Of a stretch of DNA of 64,000 nucleotides, positions 36,346 to 48,343 are shown in pieces. Position 1 is the stretch's first letter; each line of letters opens with the position of its first letter. The DNA is taken from NCBI GenBank assembly GCA_949358305.1, contig OX442314.1, forward strand, positions 25,110,001-25,174,000, given 5' to 3'. Origin of the DNA: Strigamia acuminata. Its lineage: Eukaryota. The notes beneath the pieces are model-generated. The model was not told the DNA's origin, ran no database searches, and saw only the letters and a program-made list of their open reading frames with translations. The position numbers were made by a program, and so were the translations under genes.

Positions 36346-39300
36346 ATGAGTATGTATTGTTTGATATCCTACTGAATTAGCAATTAATTGCTGGTTTTGT
36401 TAATTGTTTTTTTTTATAGGTTCACACGATTTAACGGAAGACGATTACTATGAAAAAACTGCTCAGGAACGACAACAAATTGTTGAAAAATATGATTTGG
36501 TGATTTGGTTTTGGTTTAGAGTGTTTGAAATTATAATAATTTGGTTGTTTTTAGGGACACATGGAAGATGGGAAACACATAGATCCGTGGGAAGACCCTG
36601 CGTACGAAGTGTACCATGTTACGGACCGTTATGGATTTTTGCAGTAATTTTTTTTTATTATTTAAAAAAAGTAAATATTGGTTTGATGATTTTTTTTTTT
36701 TATTTTTTTTAATATCAAAGAGATCGACGTCTTCCACGGAAATTAGATGCGGTTGAAACAAAACAGCGGGAAGTTGAAATGGAGCGAGTTAAGAAATGGC
36801 TGAAGATGATTATTGGTTGGGATAAATATCAGAATAATGAAAAGGTGTTAATTTTAGTTTGTTTTATATTTTCTTTTGTTAAAAAATTGAAAGAAAATTA
36901 AAAATAATTGAAAGAAAATTAAAAAAAATGGAAAGAAAATTAAAAATAATTGAAAGAAAATTAAAAATAATAGAAAGAAAATTAAAAATAATTGAAAGAA
37001 AATTAAAAAAAATTTAAAAAAAATTGAAAAAATTGAAAGAAAAATAAGAAAATTGAAAGAAAATCAAAAAAAATGAAAGAAAATCAAAAAATTGAAAAAA
37101 AAATAATAAAATTGAAAGAAAATCAAAATAATTGAAAGAAAATCATAAAAATTGAAAGAAAAATAATAAAATTGAAAGAAAATCAAAATAATTGAAAGAA
37201 AATCAAACAATTGATAAGGAAATAAAAAAACAATTGATAAGGAAATAAAAAAAAATTGAAGGAAATAAAAAAAAATTGAAAGAAAATCAAAAAAATTGAA
37301 AGAAAATCAATAAAATTGAAAGAAAATCAAAAAAAATTGAAAGAAAATCAATAAAATTGAAAAAAAAATCATAAAAATTGAAAGAAAATTATAAAACATT
37401 CAGCAAAAAAATTTGAAAGAAAATTTAGCAACAATCTTATTACGTTTAAATTTTTATTTTATTTTAGTTATTTCGGCGTGTATATAAGGGAATTCCTGAC
37501 AAAGTGCGCGGTGCAATTTGGTCGAGACTTTTGAATTTGAATCGTGTTAAGGAGGAACAAGTTGGAAAATATCAGGAAATGAAAGAAAGGGCGAAGAAAT
37601 ATTCCCCCGATATCCGCCAAATCGACTTAGATATTAATAGAACGTATAGGAATCACATTATGTTTAGAGAAAGATATGGCGTAAAGTAAGTTTGAGTTGG
37701 TTGAAGAATTTTTGGTTTTGTTTGGTAATATATTTTTTTTTTTTGGTTTTAGGCAGCAAGCATTATTCCACGTATTAGGCGCTTATTCAATGTACAATAC
37801 TGTAAGAGACATAGATTGAGTGGTGGAGCTACAATGGGTATTTGGGGCCTTGATAGTTAAATTTTTTTAAAAATTGTGATTTTTTTAAAACGTTTTCGAA
37901 ATTTTCTCCAGAAAAATCGTTATTCTTCCAGGAAAAATTACTTTTTTCAGGATAATTATTATTATTTGCTCGAGAAATCAGAATTTGTCTAAAAATTTAA
38001 CTTTTCTTGGTAAATTATTCATTTTTCTCAAGGGTTTTAGCATAAAACTCGGTTAATTGGTCCCAATTGCTGTCTACGCCTTAAATATGTAGTTACACCA
38101 CTAAAACTACTTTTAGTTTGCATTACATTTGCATTAATCGACAAAATAAAATTAATTACCCTCCAAATTAAACCTGAAAATGATTTCAATGTAAATGAAA
38201 TGCAAAATTCATTCATAAAAACCAAAGAATTTATTTTTATTTATAAACAACAGGAAATTGGATATTGCCAAGGTATGAGTCAAATTGCTGCATTACTCTT
38301 AATGTACCTAAACGAAGAGGTGAGATATAACCCAACACTTAATAATAATAATTTTCAAAACTTAACACTAAAATTCCCTTCACTTTATTGTATTAGGATG
38401 CATTTTGGGCCATGTCACTCTTGATGAGCAATCAGAAGCATGCTATGCATGGTAGGTGCTAAATTCCATCGTTTATCAATTATTTTTTTGACATTTATCT
38501 TATCAAACAGGATTCTTCATTCCGGGATTCCCAAAACTCTTACGTTTTCAAGACCACCACGACAAGATTTTAACGAAATTTTTACCCAAATTAAAAAAAC
38601 ATATGGTAAAAAAAAGAATTAAAAATTAATAAATTAATAATTAATTAATTAATCGTTGGTTTCTGGTTGTTGACAGGACAAGTACGAAGTATCGGCTAGT
38701 TTATATACACTTAAATGGTTTTTCCAGTGTTTCCTCGATAGGGTATGTCCTCAAATCGACATGAATCAAATTACAACCCTAAATAATTAAATAAATTCAT
38801 TAAGGTTCCATTCACACTAACTTTACGCTTATGGGACGTTTATGTATTAGATGGCGAACGAGTCTTAACCGGAATGTCTTATAATTTACTTAAAATGCAC
38901 CGCCGTGAGTATATTTGTATTTGTATTTGTATTTTATTTTACTTTATTTTTTGTTTGAAATTTGAGGTCAACTGATGAAACGTGGAATGGAAGACATGGT
39001 GCACTACCTCCAAACGCAACTGGAGCGCGATTTCGGCTTCGACGACGACCACGTGATAGAAAGCCTGCACTCGTGCATGGAAGAGCTGAAAAAGAACAAA
39101 CTGGACCTTCCCCCGCCCGCCCAACCGGGCGAACTCCCTCAGCGACCCTTCGGTCTCTTCGTGGAACCGACCCTCGAACAACGACTGGCGCGCCAAACCA
39201 TGCTGGCGCTACAGATGAACGGTAATGGCAAATCGCCCAGTTCAGTACTCCGTAACAAGGATCGTAATTCGTATAGCGAAGCGGCATCCAAGTTGTCTTA

Positions 39301-39901
39301 CGATCCTTCCATCGACGACGTTAGCGTCATTGAAGGCTCGCGCTGCAGTTCCATCGCCGGTACCTCGCGAACTTCGACCGCCGACTTGTCGCTCATATCG
39401 AACATGACGCTAAGTCAGCCAAACATCAACGACGAAGCCGCCGCCATCGGCGAACACAGCAGCGATAACGACGACCGTGCAACGCCCACAAGCTTCGTGA
39501 GTGTCGCATCGCAGCCGTTCACGCAGTCCGCCGGCTCCACGCCGCTCGGTGGCGCGCCGAGGCTGAGCAACGGAAGCGCCGATCTAGTTTTTGATGGAAC
39601 CGAAGCGCAAACGCCCAAGTTTGGTCACACGCCCGACACCGTGCGCATCTTCGTGCCGTACGACAGCTCGCCGAGCGAGGCGATGGTCACGCCGCCGGAG
39701 AGCGTGTCGCCGCAGCCGTGGGCGCACAAGGACCCGAATAAGATTACGATCAAAATCGAATTGAAGTCTCCGTCACTGCCTTCCGAATCAACGAATAATT
39801 CTGCATCGAAACCGGTCACGCCGCTCGATGCGGCGCCCGCCGTCACACTCGTCCCGTTTCGCATCGAATCGCATTCGGCCGGCCGGCTCGATTTGAAATG
39901 A
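36346..39901 (+). CDS. USP6NL: USP6 N-terminal-like / RN-tre, TBC-domain Rab-GAP, ~13 coding exons
   Basis: IVEKYD...[45 protein letters not shown] (Arg finger); [18 protein letters not shown] (Gln finger); [29 protein letters not shown]; disordered last exon 38967-39901. Confidence 0.92.
36885..37425. repeat. Degenerate ~19-21-bp A-rich minisatellite (AAAATTGAAAGAAAATCAA) in a USP6NL intron
   Basis: Visible periodic array; similar units recur in 42140-42600. Confidence 0.85.
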
Positions 39902-41720
39902 AATAATAACTCTACTTACCATTCCATATCAGTCTTCGTAACTTTGTTTTTTCTCCATTTTATCAATTATTCCGTTCATTTGGTGTCGAAATGTCTCGAA
40001 CTCGATGGATATCATAATTATGTCGATTTTCTACGTCGAATCGATCGGTTTTTAGTTTACCGCGCAGCTTCGACTCTTTGATTTTAAGTGTTTAAAATTC
40101 AATTTTATAATTTCGTGATTTGAGATGTTGTTTATATGTGACAATGTTGGGTTTAATTTATTTGAATTTGAATCAATTGTATTTATGTGGTTTTTGAGTT
40201 AGAATGACGCGGGGTTTGAGGAATTGTGTCGGAAATATTTAATTTATACGCAAACTATGCAAGAAATTGTTAGAAATGTGAATTATTTTGCGCTTTGCTT
40301 GATTCCTATTCAATTGCGAGCTAAAACCGTTTTGCATTGCGTAAACGGTTCTAAAGATATTAATTAATTAATTCCAATAACGTGCCATTGGACGCTTTGG
40401 TGAATCAAATTTAGTGCTCAAATTAGTATAAATTAATTTAATTTTTTTATATTGAAACTATTAAACCAAAGAGATTTTTTTTTTATTGTTTTTTCTTTTG
40501 TTTTCGAAGGTCACAATAAATGTGCGGTCGAAATTTCAAGTATTTGATTTGCCTGTGCCTTTGTATAGTCAAAAAATTTCAACGTTTACGAATGAATTGT
40601 CGAAGTATATATAAATTTTAATCATTTTTAGGGTAAAATGATGAATTTGAAACGTCAGAAATATTAATCGCTACTACTTAAATCGATGTAATCTTATTTT
40701 TTCTTCATATTTTACTCAATAGTCCAATTTTTTATCTTTACTTATCATCATGTGTTTGGCAGCTTTATCTTAATTTTGTGGCCTCTATAAAGGGATATGT
40801 TCAAATTAATTTCAGTATTTAAGAACAAATTTATCATTAATTATATTTAAAAACAAAAAAATGTATTTATTTAAGTTAAATTTAAACTGCAATAAGAGAA
40901 GATTGAAAACAGGTTTTGTGTGTGATTGATTGATTGATTGATTTTTAGTTAACATAAAATGTGGTTCCTGCAGAGTTATTTTTAAATTGGATGAAATATA
41001 TTTAGATTTTTTTTATTCTATTATATTTTCATTTTTATTAGGTATTAATACGAGTGAAATAATAACTTAGATGAAGGTTTAAACAAATGTATTTATGCTC
41101 TAAACAATCCATAATTGCAATAAATTATTAATGGAAAACGAAATCAATAATTTCATTACTTTTCCACGAACGAGACGATAATAAACTTTGTTATTGATAA
41201 ATTAAACACATAAAACTCGATGTGAAACGACCAGCTTGGATTTAAACTAAACTACCGAGTGCGCACAAACGTCTGGTGCATACAGTCCCGATTTATTAAC
41301 CCTAATCGGTTTTCAACATGGCGGACATTTTGCATCTCATTTGCAAACATCGTTTTTCATTTCTCGACGACTTAAAACCACGAAATAATTGTGAATATCT
41401 TTTTAATAACTCGTATTAAGTCGATTTATATTACGAGCTGAAAGATTAAATGAATAAATAAATAAATAACGGAAATTAGGAAAAACAACATTTAATTAGG
41501 GAAGGGTTTACTGGCAGGATTGTGTACATTTTACAAAGCTGATCATTACAAATATAAAAAAAATGTTACATTAGGGGTTTCCTATGCTTTATGGTATAAA
41601 TATATTATGTGGCAATGAAACTTTATACATAATGCCGATGAAATTAAAAAAGAAAATCAATCTATATTAAGAAAATAACAAAATATAAAACATTTAGCTG
41701 TTTATTTTATTTTTTTTAAA

Positions 41721-43262
41721 TTAATTCATATTGCCATTGATGCCCATACTCTCATCTATGTGCAGTCCGTCGTTGGACGAGTCGGTTTCAGCGTTACGAT
41801 ATGCATTTGAATTCGTTTTGTATTGCGTAAACGTTTCCATGTAATTGGCGATTCGTTCTTGGACCGCTAAACTCTTCTTCCGTAGCTCGATTTCCTCCAT
41901 TTGCAGCTTATGACTTCGTTCTGTGGCGACCGCAAACTGTTGATTCAATCTCCGCTGTTCCTCCAAGATGAGATTGAGTAATTTTGACTGTCGATCGGGC
42001 GAATTGCTCCTTCGTTGTAAATTGGGATTGTCTCGGTTATCAGTGTCGGAAGTCCCCGGCGGAGATAAAATGGAATGTGCAAGGTTGGACACGGTTGAGT
42101 TGTCGTACGAAGAACTGTTATCACTCAATCTAGAAAAATAAAATTTCAACAAAAAATCAACAAAAAATCAACAAAAAATCAACAAAAAATCAACAAAAAA
42201 TCAACAAAAAATCAACAAAAACTTAACAGCAAATTAACAACAAATCAACAAAAAAATAAAAAAAAATAAAAATTAATTTACAAAATAAAAATAATAAAGA
42301 AAATAATAAAGAAAATCAAAAAAATTGAAAAATCAAAAAATTGAAAGAAAAACAAAAATAAATTTAAGATAATTAAAAAAATTGCCAAAAAAAATCAAAA
42401 GAATTAAAAGAAAATCAAAAAATTCAATAAAAATCACAAAAATAAAAACACGAAAATTTACCAAAAACTAAAAAAAAATTACCAAAAAACCAGAAAAATT
42501 TACCAAAAACTAAAAAAATTTAGCAAAATTTACAAAAATTTACCAAAAACTAGAAAAATTTAACAAAAACCTAAAAATTCCAGCAAAAATCATTGAAATC
42601 TCACATTTTTAAACTGTCGTTGTCATTATCACCATCACCCTTCTGCGTATCTTCATCGACTACAGATCGGACATCACTGATCGACAAAACTGGGTAATTT
42701 GGTTCGGATTCATTATCGAGCATCCTCCTGCTACTAGCCGAATCGCTCTGCCGCGGCAACGGGACGATAGTTATACTGTGTTCGCTGTTTGGCGGTGTCG
42801 TGAATGGCATTTCTAACTGCGAATGATTTTCAAATTTATGCAACAACGTGAAAACATCATCCACTTCTTTCCAATATTTCCAATTCGACGGTTTTCCCGT
42901 ATTTCTTAATTTACACTGCTCCTTCCTACAAAGAACAAAAAAATTTTAAAAAAAAATTTAATCCCAAACCAAATAAAACCAAATTTTTCTCCTTTTCTCA
43001 ATTAATTTTACCTGTAATCAGCCGCTAAATTAGCTATCTTGGTTTTGACTTCTCGGGGGGTCCTTTTGACACCGAATTGCGACAATTCATCGGCTAATTT
43101 CTGATATACGTGATAATTTCTTTTGATGCCTTTCAAATGCCGCACGTTTGTTTTCCAGAAATGGATGAGCTGCAAAGTGTCCTGCCGACACCAATTTTCG
43201 GTCCTCTTGCGCACGAACGAGTGGTAATTCTGTTGGAATTGTTGCAATTTGTGCTGATCCAT
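41721..43262 (-). CDS. Myb/SANT-like (trihelix/MSANTD-type) DNA-binding protein with C-terminal coiled coil, 3 exons
   Basis: Exons 43262-43012, 42925-42605, 42129-41721 with GT-AG ends and matching phases; W...DT..LI..W...N..VY..LA..L...G..RT..EV.TKI.NL...YR + TG.PS.W.YW..VD. Confidence 0.85.
42140..42600. repeat. A-rich intronic tandem repeats (AACAAAAAATC 11-mer; AAAATTTACCAAAAACTA-like units)
   Basis: Visible arrays in intron 2 of the Myb/SANT gene. Confidence 0.8.
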
Positions 43263-44482
43263 TTGCTACGATTACGGCTTAGAAAATTTTCATACAACAG
43301 TCGCACAAAAGGAGGAGAAAAAATTCAGAATCATCTCGTTTTGCCATTATCATCATCTCGGTTTGATGGTGACGAAATCGAGCGCGGATCAAAGGGGGAA
43401 AATATGAAAATTTGGTGCGTCATTCTGGTCGTACGAGTTGATTGGGTCGATTCGCTTATAAATAAAACATAAATCAAACAGAGTATTGTAATTTCTGAAT
43501 TAATTGAACTCGTGAAATATTAAACTGCTTGATTCGTTGTGTGCTTGTGATTTTTAAAGGCTTTTATTTAACTTGACTTGAATGTTTATGTGTGTGTGTT
43601 TGTTTCAACTTCTGGTGTTGCTAGCGCCACCTAGCGGAACCTGTATAGTATAATGGAGGCCGAAATGTTCGCCCGGATACTTTTTTTGATTGTTTCGGTA
43701 TCAAAAAAGAGTTCTTTAAATTCTGAAACTGGACCAAACCAGGTTAAAATAAAAATTCCTATCTGTCCATATATTTTGTTTTTTAATATTGTTAAGAAAA
43801 AGTTCTTTATTAAAACGTTTTTTGGCACGATCACAGCAATCTGCGTTAGTAGCGCACTCTGGCGGCGATTTGAAGCACAAATATAAAAGCCTTTTTCGAA
43901 AAACTTGGTTTTTTTTTAAAAAAATAACGCGAATTAAATTAATATTTGAAAAGTGTTTAATTGTAACTTTTTGTAGTTTTATTTATTTACTTGTTTATCT
44001 TTACTTGTTTAATGTCAGGTGCGGAAGAGGAGAAAAAATGAATGGAAATCGATGAATAAATATGAGAATGAAAGAAATCAATAAGTTCTTGGTAATCAAC
44101 GATTATCGCCGTTAAACGTGAGTTTCTCTTTCTTTAAATGTTTTACAGTTTAATTAATATACGTTTAATAGAGTATAATTTTATAAAAGTATCTTTTTCC
44201 TCCATTCTAAATGTTTTAATTTTTTTTACCGATTCGATAGTTTCCACAAATTGTCACTAGTCGTTGCTGGCGGCTTTGGTACGAAAAATTATGTTAAAAA
44301 TCAGTCTTTGTGCTTCGCTTTGTGCCGACTGCCAAACAAAGGTGTTGTTGCTCGTATGTTTCGACTGTGCGACCAAACTAGTTTTTATTACGCATTATAC
44401 GGTTGTTTTTACATCTGCCCCAATGTTTGTCATTGTTAGGTTGCCTTGATTTCATTTGTTTGTGTTGTGTGTGGTTGTTTTC

Positions 44483-44559
44483 GGTTAGGTTAGGTTAGGT
44501 TAGGTCAGGTTAGGTGAGGACCTAGGTTTAGGTCTAAACCTAACCTAACCTGACCTAAC
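44483..44559. repeat. Interstitial telomere-type repeat, (TTAGG)n facing (CCTAA)n
   Basis: TTAGG x4, TCAGG, TTAGG, TGAGG ... CCTAA CCTAA CCTGA CCTAA. Confidence 0.9.
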
Positions 44560-44730
44560 TTGTTATTCAAACAAACATTTCAATATTGTCATCTTTGTGA
44601 TAGCATTAATATCACAGCATAACTGCAATTAACTATTTTTAGATATTAGTTTTATTGTAAAGCTTGTTGTTATTCCTGGTTATTACTCACCATAGGTACG
44701 ACAATTTATTAACTTTAAGTTGTTAATACT

Positions 44731-45341
44731 TGTCGTAACCTTGGTTCCGGTAAATAAACTTACACAATATCTTACTAATAACACCCTTTATTTCACACTT
44801 GTAATAATACAATAATAATACTTAACAATGTGGTCTCGGATCCTTGTTGGCGGATACGATTTGTTGCTGCACGGCAGTCTTACACGTGGCTTCTACTGTT
44901 GTCTAGGGTAATGGCGTCTGGCGAAACACGTGTTCGCAAACGCTTCGCTTCGATAGATATTACTATCGTAGTATTGCTACGATAAATATCTGTGACTGTG
45001 ATTTATAGATGAATTTGGCAACGGGCATCGATCCTCTATCAATCCGGTAAAACGGCCTGACGGTGAGGTGGTGATGCTAATGTTGCTCTGGTATCTATAA
45101 AGTGGGGGTTTCCGGTCAGACACGGGTTTAAATAGTGGCTGGACCGGAAATGACGTATTTGCATAAATTCGGGGAATTATGCAAATCTATGACGTTGTCA
45201 CGTCAGTCCCGCAGAAACGGTAAAACTAGTATAGCTAGTTTCCCTGCAATAATCTGACAATCATTTTACTATCAATATTAAAATTACTATTTATTAGGTT
45301 ATGATTAATTAAAACACTTTTGTGACCTCGTGGTCACCACA
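44731..45341 (-). repeat. 3' LTR (611 bp)
   Basis: Identical by eye to 55527-56137; minus-strand AATAAA at 44787-44792. Confidence 0.97.
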
Positions 45342-45343
45342 CG

Positions 45344-45353
45344 TCCCCTCCTC
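45344..45353 (-). other. Polypurine tract
   Basis: Minus strand GAGGAGGGGA-CG immediately before the 3' LTR. Confidence 0.9.
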
Positions 45354-45414
45354 AGCAATGTTGTTGGGGGATTTACAATAAAACAACAAACATTGCGAAA
45401 ACTCAAAGTTGGAT

Positions 45415-48343
45415 TTAGTTCGTTTCTTTCTCTGATGATCCCTGGGGAACGTCCGGAGGCGGAGGTGGAGGTAATTCTTCGGTTGCAGGTGGTTCAGCCA
45501 TCTCCGAAGTTGCTGGTTTAGTGAGCGGCGGAGTAGAAGTCAGGCGTGACGAGCGATCGCTTGGGTCCTCGAACTCCCCGATGAAGTATCGATCGTGGCC
45601 GCCAACTGGTTCGTAGGGGGCGCCGACTCGTTCATGTACCCAGATACGCGAGAGGAAGGGGGCCAGGCCTTGGTTGGTATGGTGGATCTTCTGGGCCTCG
45701 GCCGGATTCGTCGGGGCGCGGTGTGCACGCAGCAGACGTTGGTGCTGAATGAAATCGACGCCTGGACCCGCCTCTAGAGTTCGCTCCATCCATAAGTAGA
45801 GCGAGTGGCCGTGGTCGCTCGATCGCTTGATCTGGTTCTTCGTCTTCTGGGTCATCGTCAAACTCGGGTAGTAGTGTTTGAGTTGTGCGTCGATCGGAGG
45901 CAAAGGTTTCGGCTCTAATTTTTTCTTGGGCCGCAGGATCTTCGGTTTTGTTTTCGTCTTTCGGACGACTACTTTCACGCCTTCGATCGGAACCAGTCCG
46001 TCGGGGAACTTTATCGTCTCCTCTGGAGTGACTGCTGGGACTGTCTGGCTCGCCGGAGTCTCAGGAAGGGGTTCGTTGGTTAGTACGACTGGTTCGCTTT
46101 GTGGTACAGCCACAGCTCGGACTACCTGGTATGATCGTTCTGGGTCGGCATCTTCTGCAATTAATTGCGCGCGGACCTGGATACAGGAAGGAACCAATTT
46201 TAGCCATCGCTCGACGAGAGCGGGAGGCAGCTGAAAACTTTCATGTGCGACGACCGCCCAGGCTGCCAGTGCCACACGGGCGTTTCTAAACGTAGATGCG
46301 GCCAGCACTAGCGACATCATGTCGGTGATTACGACTGTCGTTCGTGCCATTCGTGACGGGTGATCTCGTCCAGGGCTGTTGGTGAACTCGATGGCCGCGC
46401 TTCGGATATTCGTCACGGCGATCTGCATCGTTCTGGCTTGGTAGTCATCGATGTCGGACACCATCTCTTTTGCTTGCTCGATCGTGGTTGTATCGAGGAA
46501 CGACTGTAATTCACACGATGTTGGATCAAACTGGGTTGTGGCTCGAATGTCCGAAGATCTGTTATTGGGGGGTGGTCTTGAAGGCGTTTGATTGCTTTCG
46601 TCGACTCTAACCACGGTATCTTGTCTTGAGTTAATTAAAACTCGTTGAACGTCGGGTTCGGGCTCATCCCAAACAATCGGTGTTCTCAACGTAGAAGTCT
46701 CGCTTCGCGTTTCTTCCGGTACGGCTGGGAAAATTGGTCCAAAACGATCTTGTCGTCGTTTGAGTTGTTCAAAGGGACTCAGCGATGTCGGGGCTCCGAT
46801 GACCACAGTTTTTCGGAATGCGCTGGGCAGACTAGAAGGCACGCTGGTGGCTGGCTTTGTCGGTGTTTTGATGAACACACTTGGCACCGAAGTTATGCTC
46901 ATTTCGATCGATTTAGTCGGCCGGTAGACAGGCTTCGATTGTTCATTCTTGGCCTTCAGGACTGCTGCTACCATGTCGGCTTCGGTATATTTTCTCTCTT
47001 GTTCCGGTACGATCATCGGCTCTACCGATTGTTTGTCTTCGATTGTCATCGGCACTTCTTGACAAACTTCTACTTGCAAAGTCTCTACCTCATCGACTCC
47101 ACGCGATTTCTCAAAGTGTCTCCATGTTTCTGCTCGTGGCCTCGACAACCTGAGACATCCGCGTTGGTTCGGTCGATTTCTGGAGTAGCGGTATGTCTCG
47201 ACCTCCCGTGGCTTCTCGACTCTGGGCTCTCGTCGCGGCGAGGGTTCTCGAGCGTGTCGGTAATAAACTCGAGGATGAGACTGCGATCGATCGTGCGTGT
47301 TGTACGACGTGCTTGGCTGATCCAGGCGTCGTCGCTTGTTGTCGTGTGTGTGATTTAATAATTCGCTCGAGAGTCGCTTCTCCGCTTTCTGTCGCTTGCG
47401 CCCAAAGATGCCCAGGTAGTGGAGCTGGTGCATCGCTTTCTGTGAGGTGATAAATCCGTGTTCGGGTCGCCAATTGGGAACGTCTGGTCTTTCTCCTCGA
47501 ACCTGGCTTAACCAAGTTTTTATCTCATCTGTCGAATACCCTGCTGGTTTCAGTATTTTGAAGAGATCTCGATACGCCGTTCGTCTGACTTCGTTGTAAT
47601 AGTCTCTGTGAATTCGTCGGCGTTCTTCGTCTGTAGCGGCGTTCTGCCACTTCTCGAGGACGGCCCACTCTTCAGACCCGCTTGGATAGTCTTTTTCCAA
47701 AAACTTGTTTGGGAGCGGTGCTGGTGCGTCGTCGCGTTCTGGAATTTCAGCCCTCAGTGCGTCGCGCATCTTTTCTGGGAAGTAGTGTATCAGGGTCTCC
47801 TGACTCGCCCAGAATCGCGATCGGGCTCTGGATGCGGTGAGCCGAATGCGCCATGGGCCGGCATCGACGTCGTCTTCTAACGCTCTTCGAAATGGAGTCG
47901 GGATCTCGCTCCTCCAGAGTGTGCCCGAAGATACGTTTTGTGGATCGATGGGTCCCCACGTAAGTTGGTGTTCCGGCTGAGGAATGAATAATAAAATTAG
48001 ATTTTGTCACATTCCGAATTTGGATTCAAGATGGCGCCATGGTCGACCATGTGCTTTTTTACACGTGTTGAATTTTTTTAATAAAGGTTTTTTTTCGTAA
48101 TTTTTTGTATTGTTGAAATAAAGATGTTTTCTTTTTACGAGTATTGTTTCACGTGTTTCTCGTGGTTTAGCCACGAATTAAATTCTTTGTTAAATTTACC
48201 TTTTCGTTACTATCGGGCTTTTCCCGATTCTCTTCTGGTTCAACTTCGTCCCATCTTGCGGGATCGTTCCACTCGTCTTCGCTTGGGTCCCGATCCATTT
48301 CTTCCTCCTCGTTGTCGGGTGATTGTTTCCAGTTTCTTCGCAT
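45415..48343 (-). CDS. Retrotransposon ORF3, unknown function; predicted exons 48343-48200 and 47976-45415, ~901 aa; not env-like
   Basis: The 784-aa ORF stays open 69 codons upstream of Met 47769 to an acceptor CTAATTTTATTATTCATTCCTCAG| at 47977; a 48-codon upstream exon starts TCAAAAAATG (48343) and ends AAG|GTAAAT; both junctions phase 0. Confidence 0.75.

Noticed and set aside
45415..47769. ORF3 as an envelope glycoprotein
   Set aside because: No signal peptide, no C-terminal TM anchor, very few Cys; the one hydrophobic stretch is broken by charged residues
47747..48010. 87-aa ORF as a separate fourth gene
   Set aside because: Non-ATG start, overlaps the open upstream extension of ORF3 in another frame, and begins inside the predicted intron
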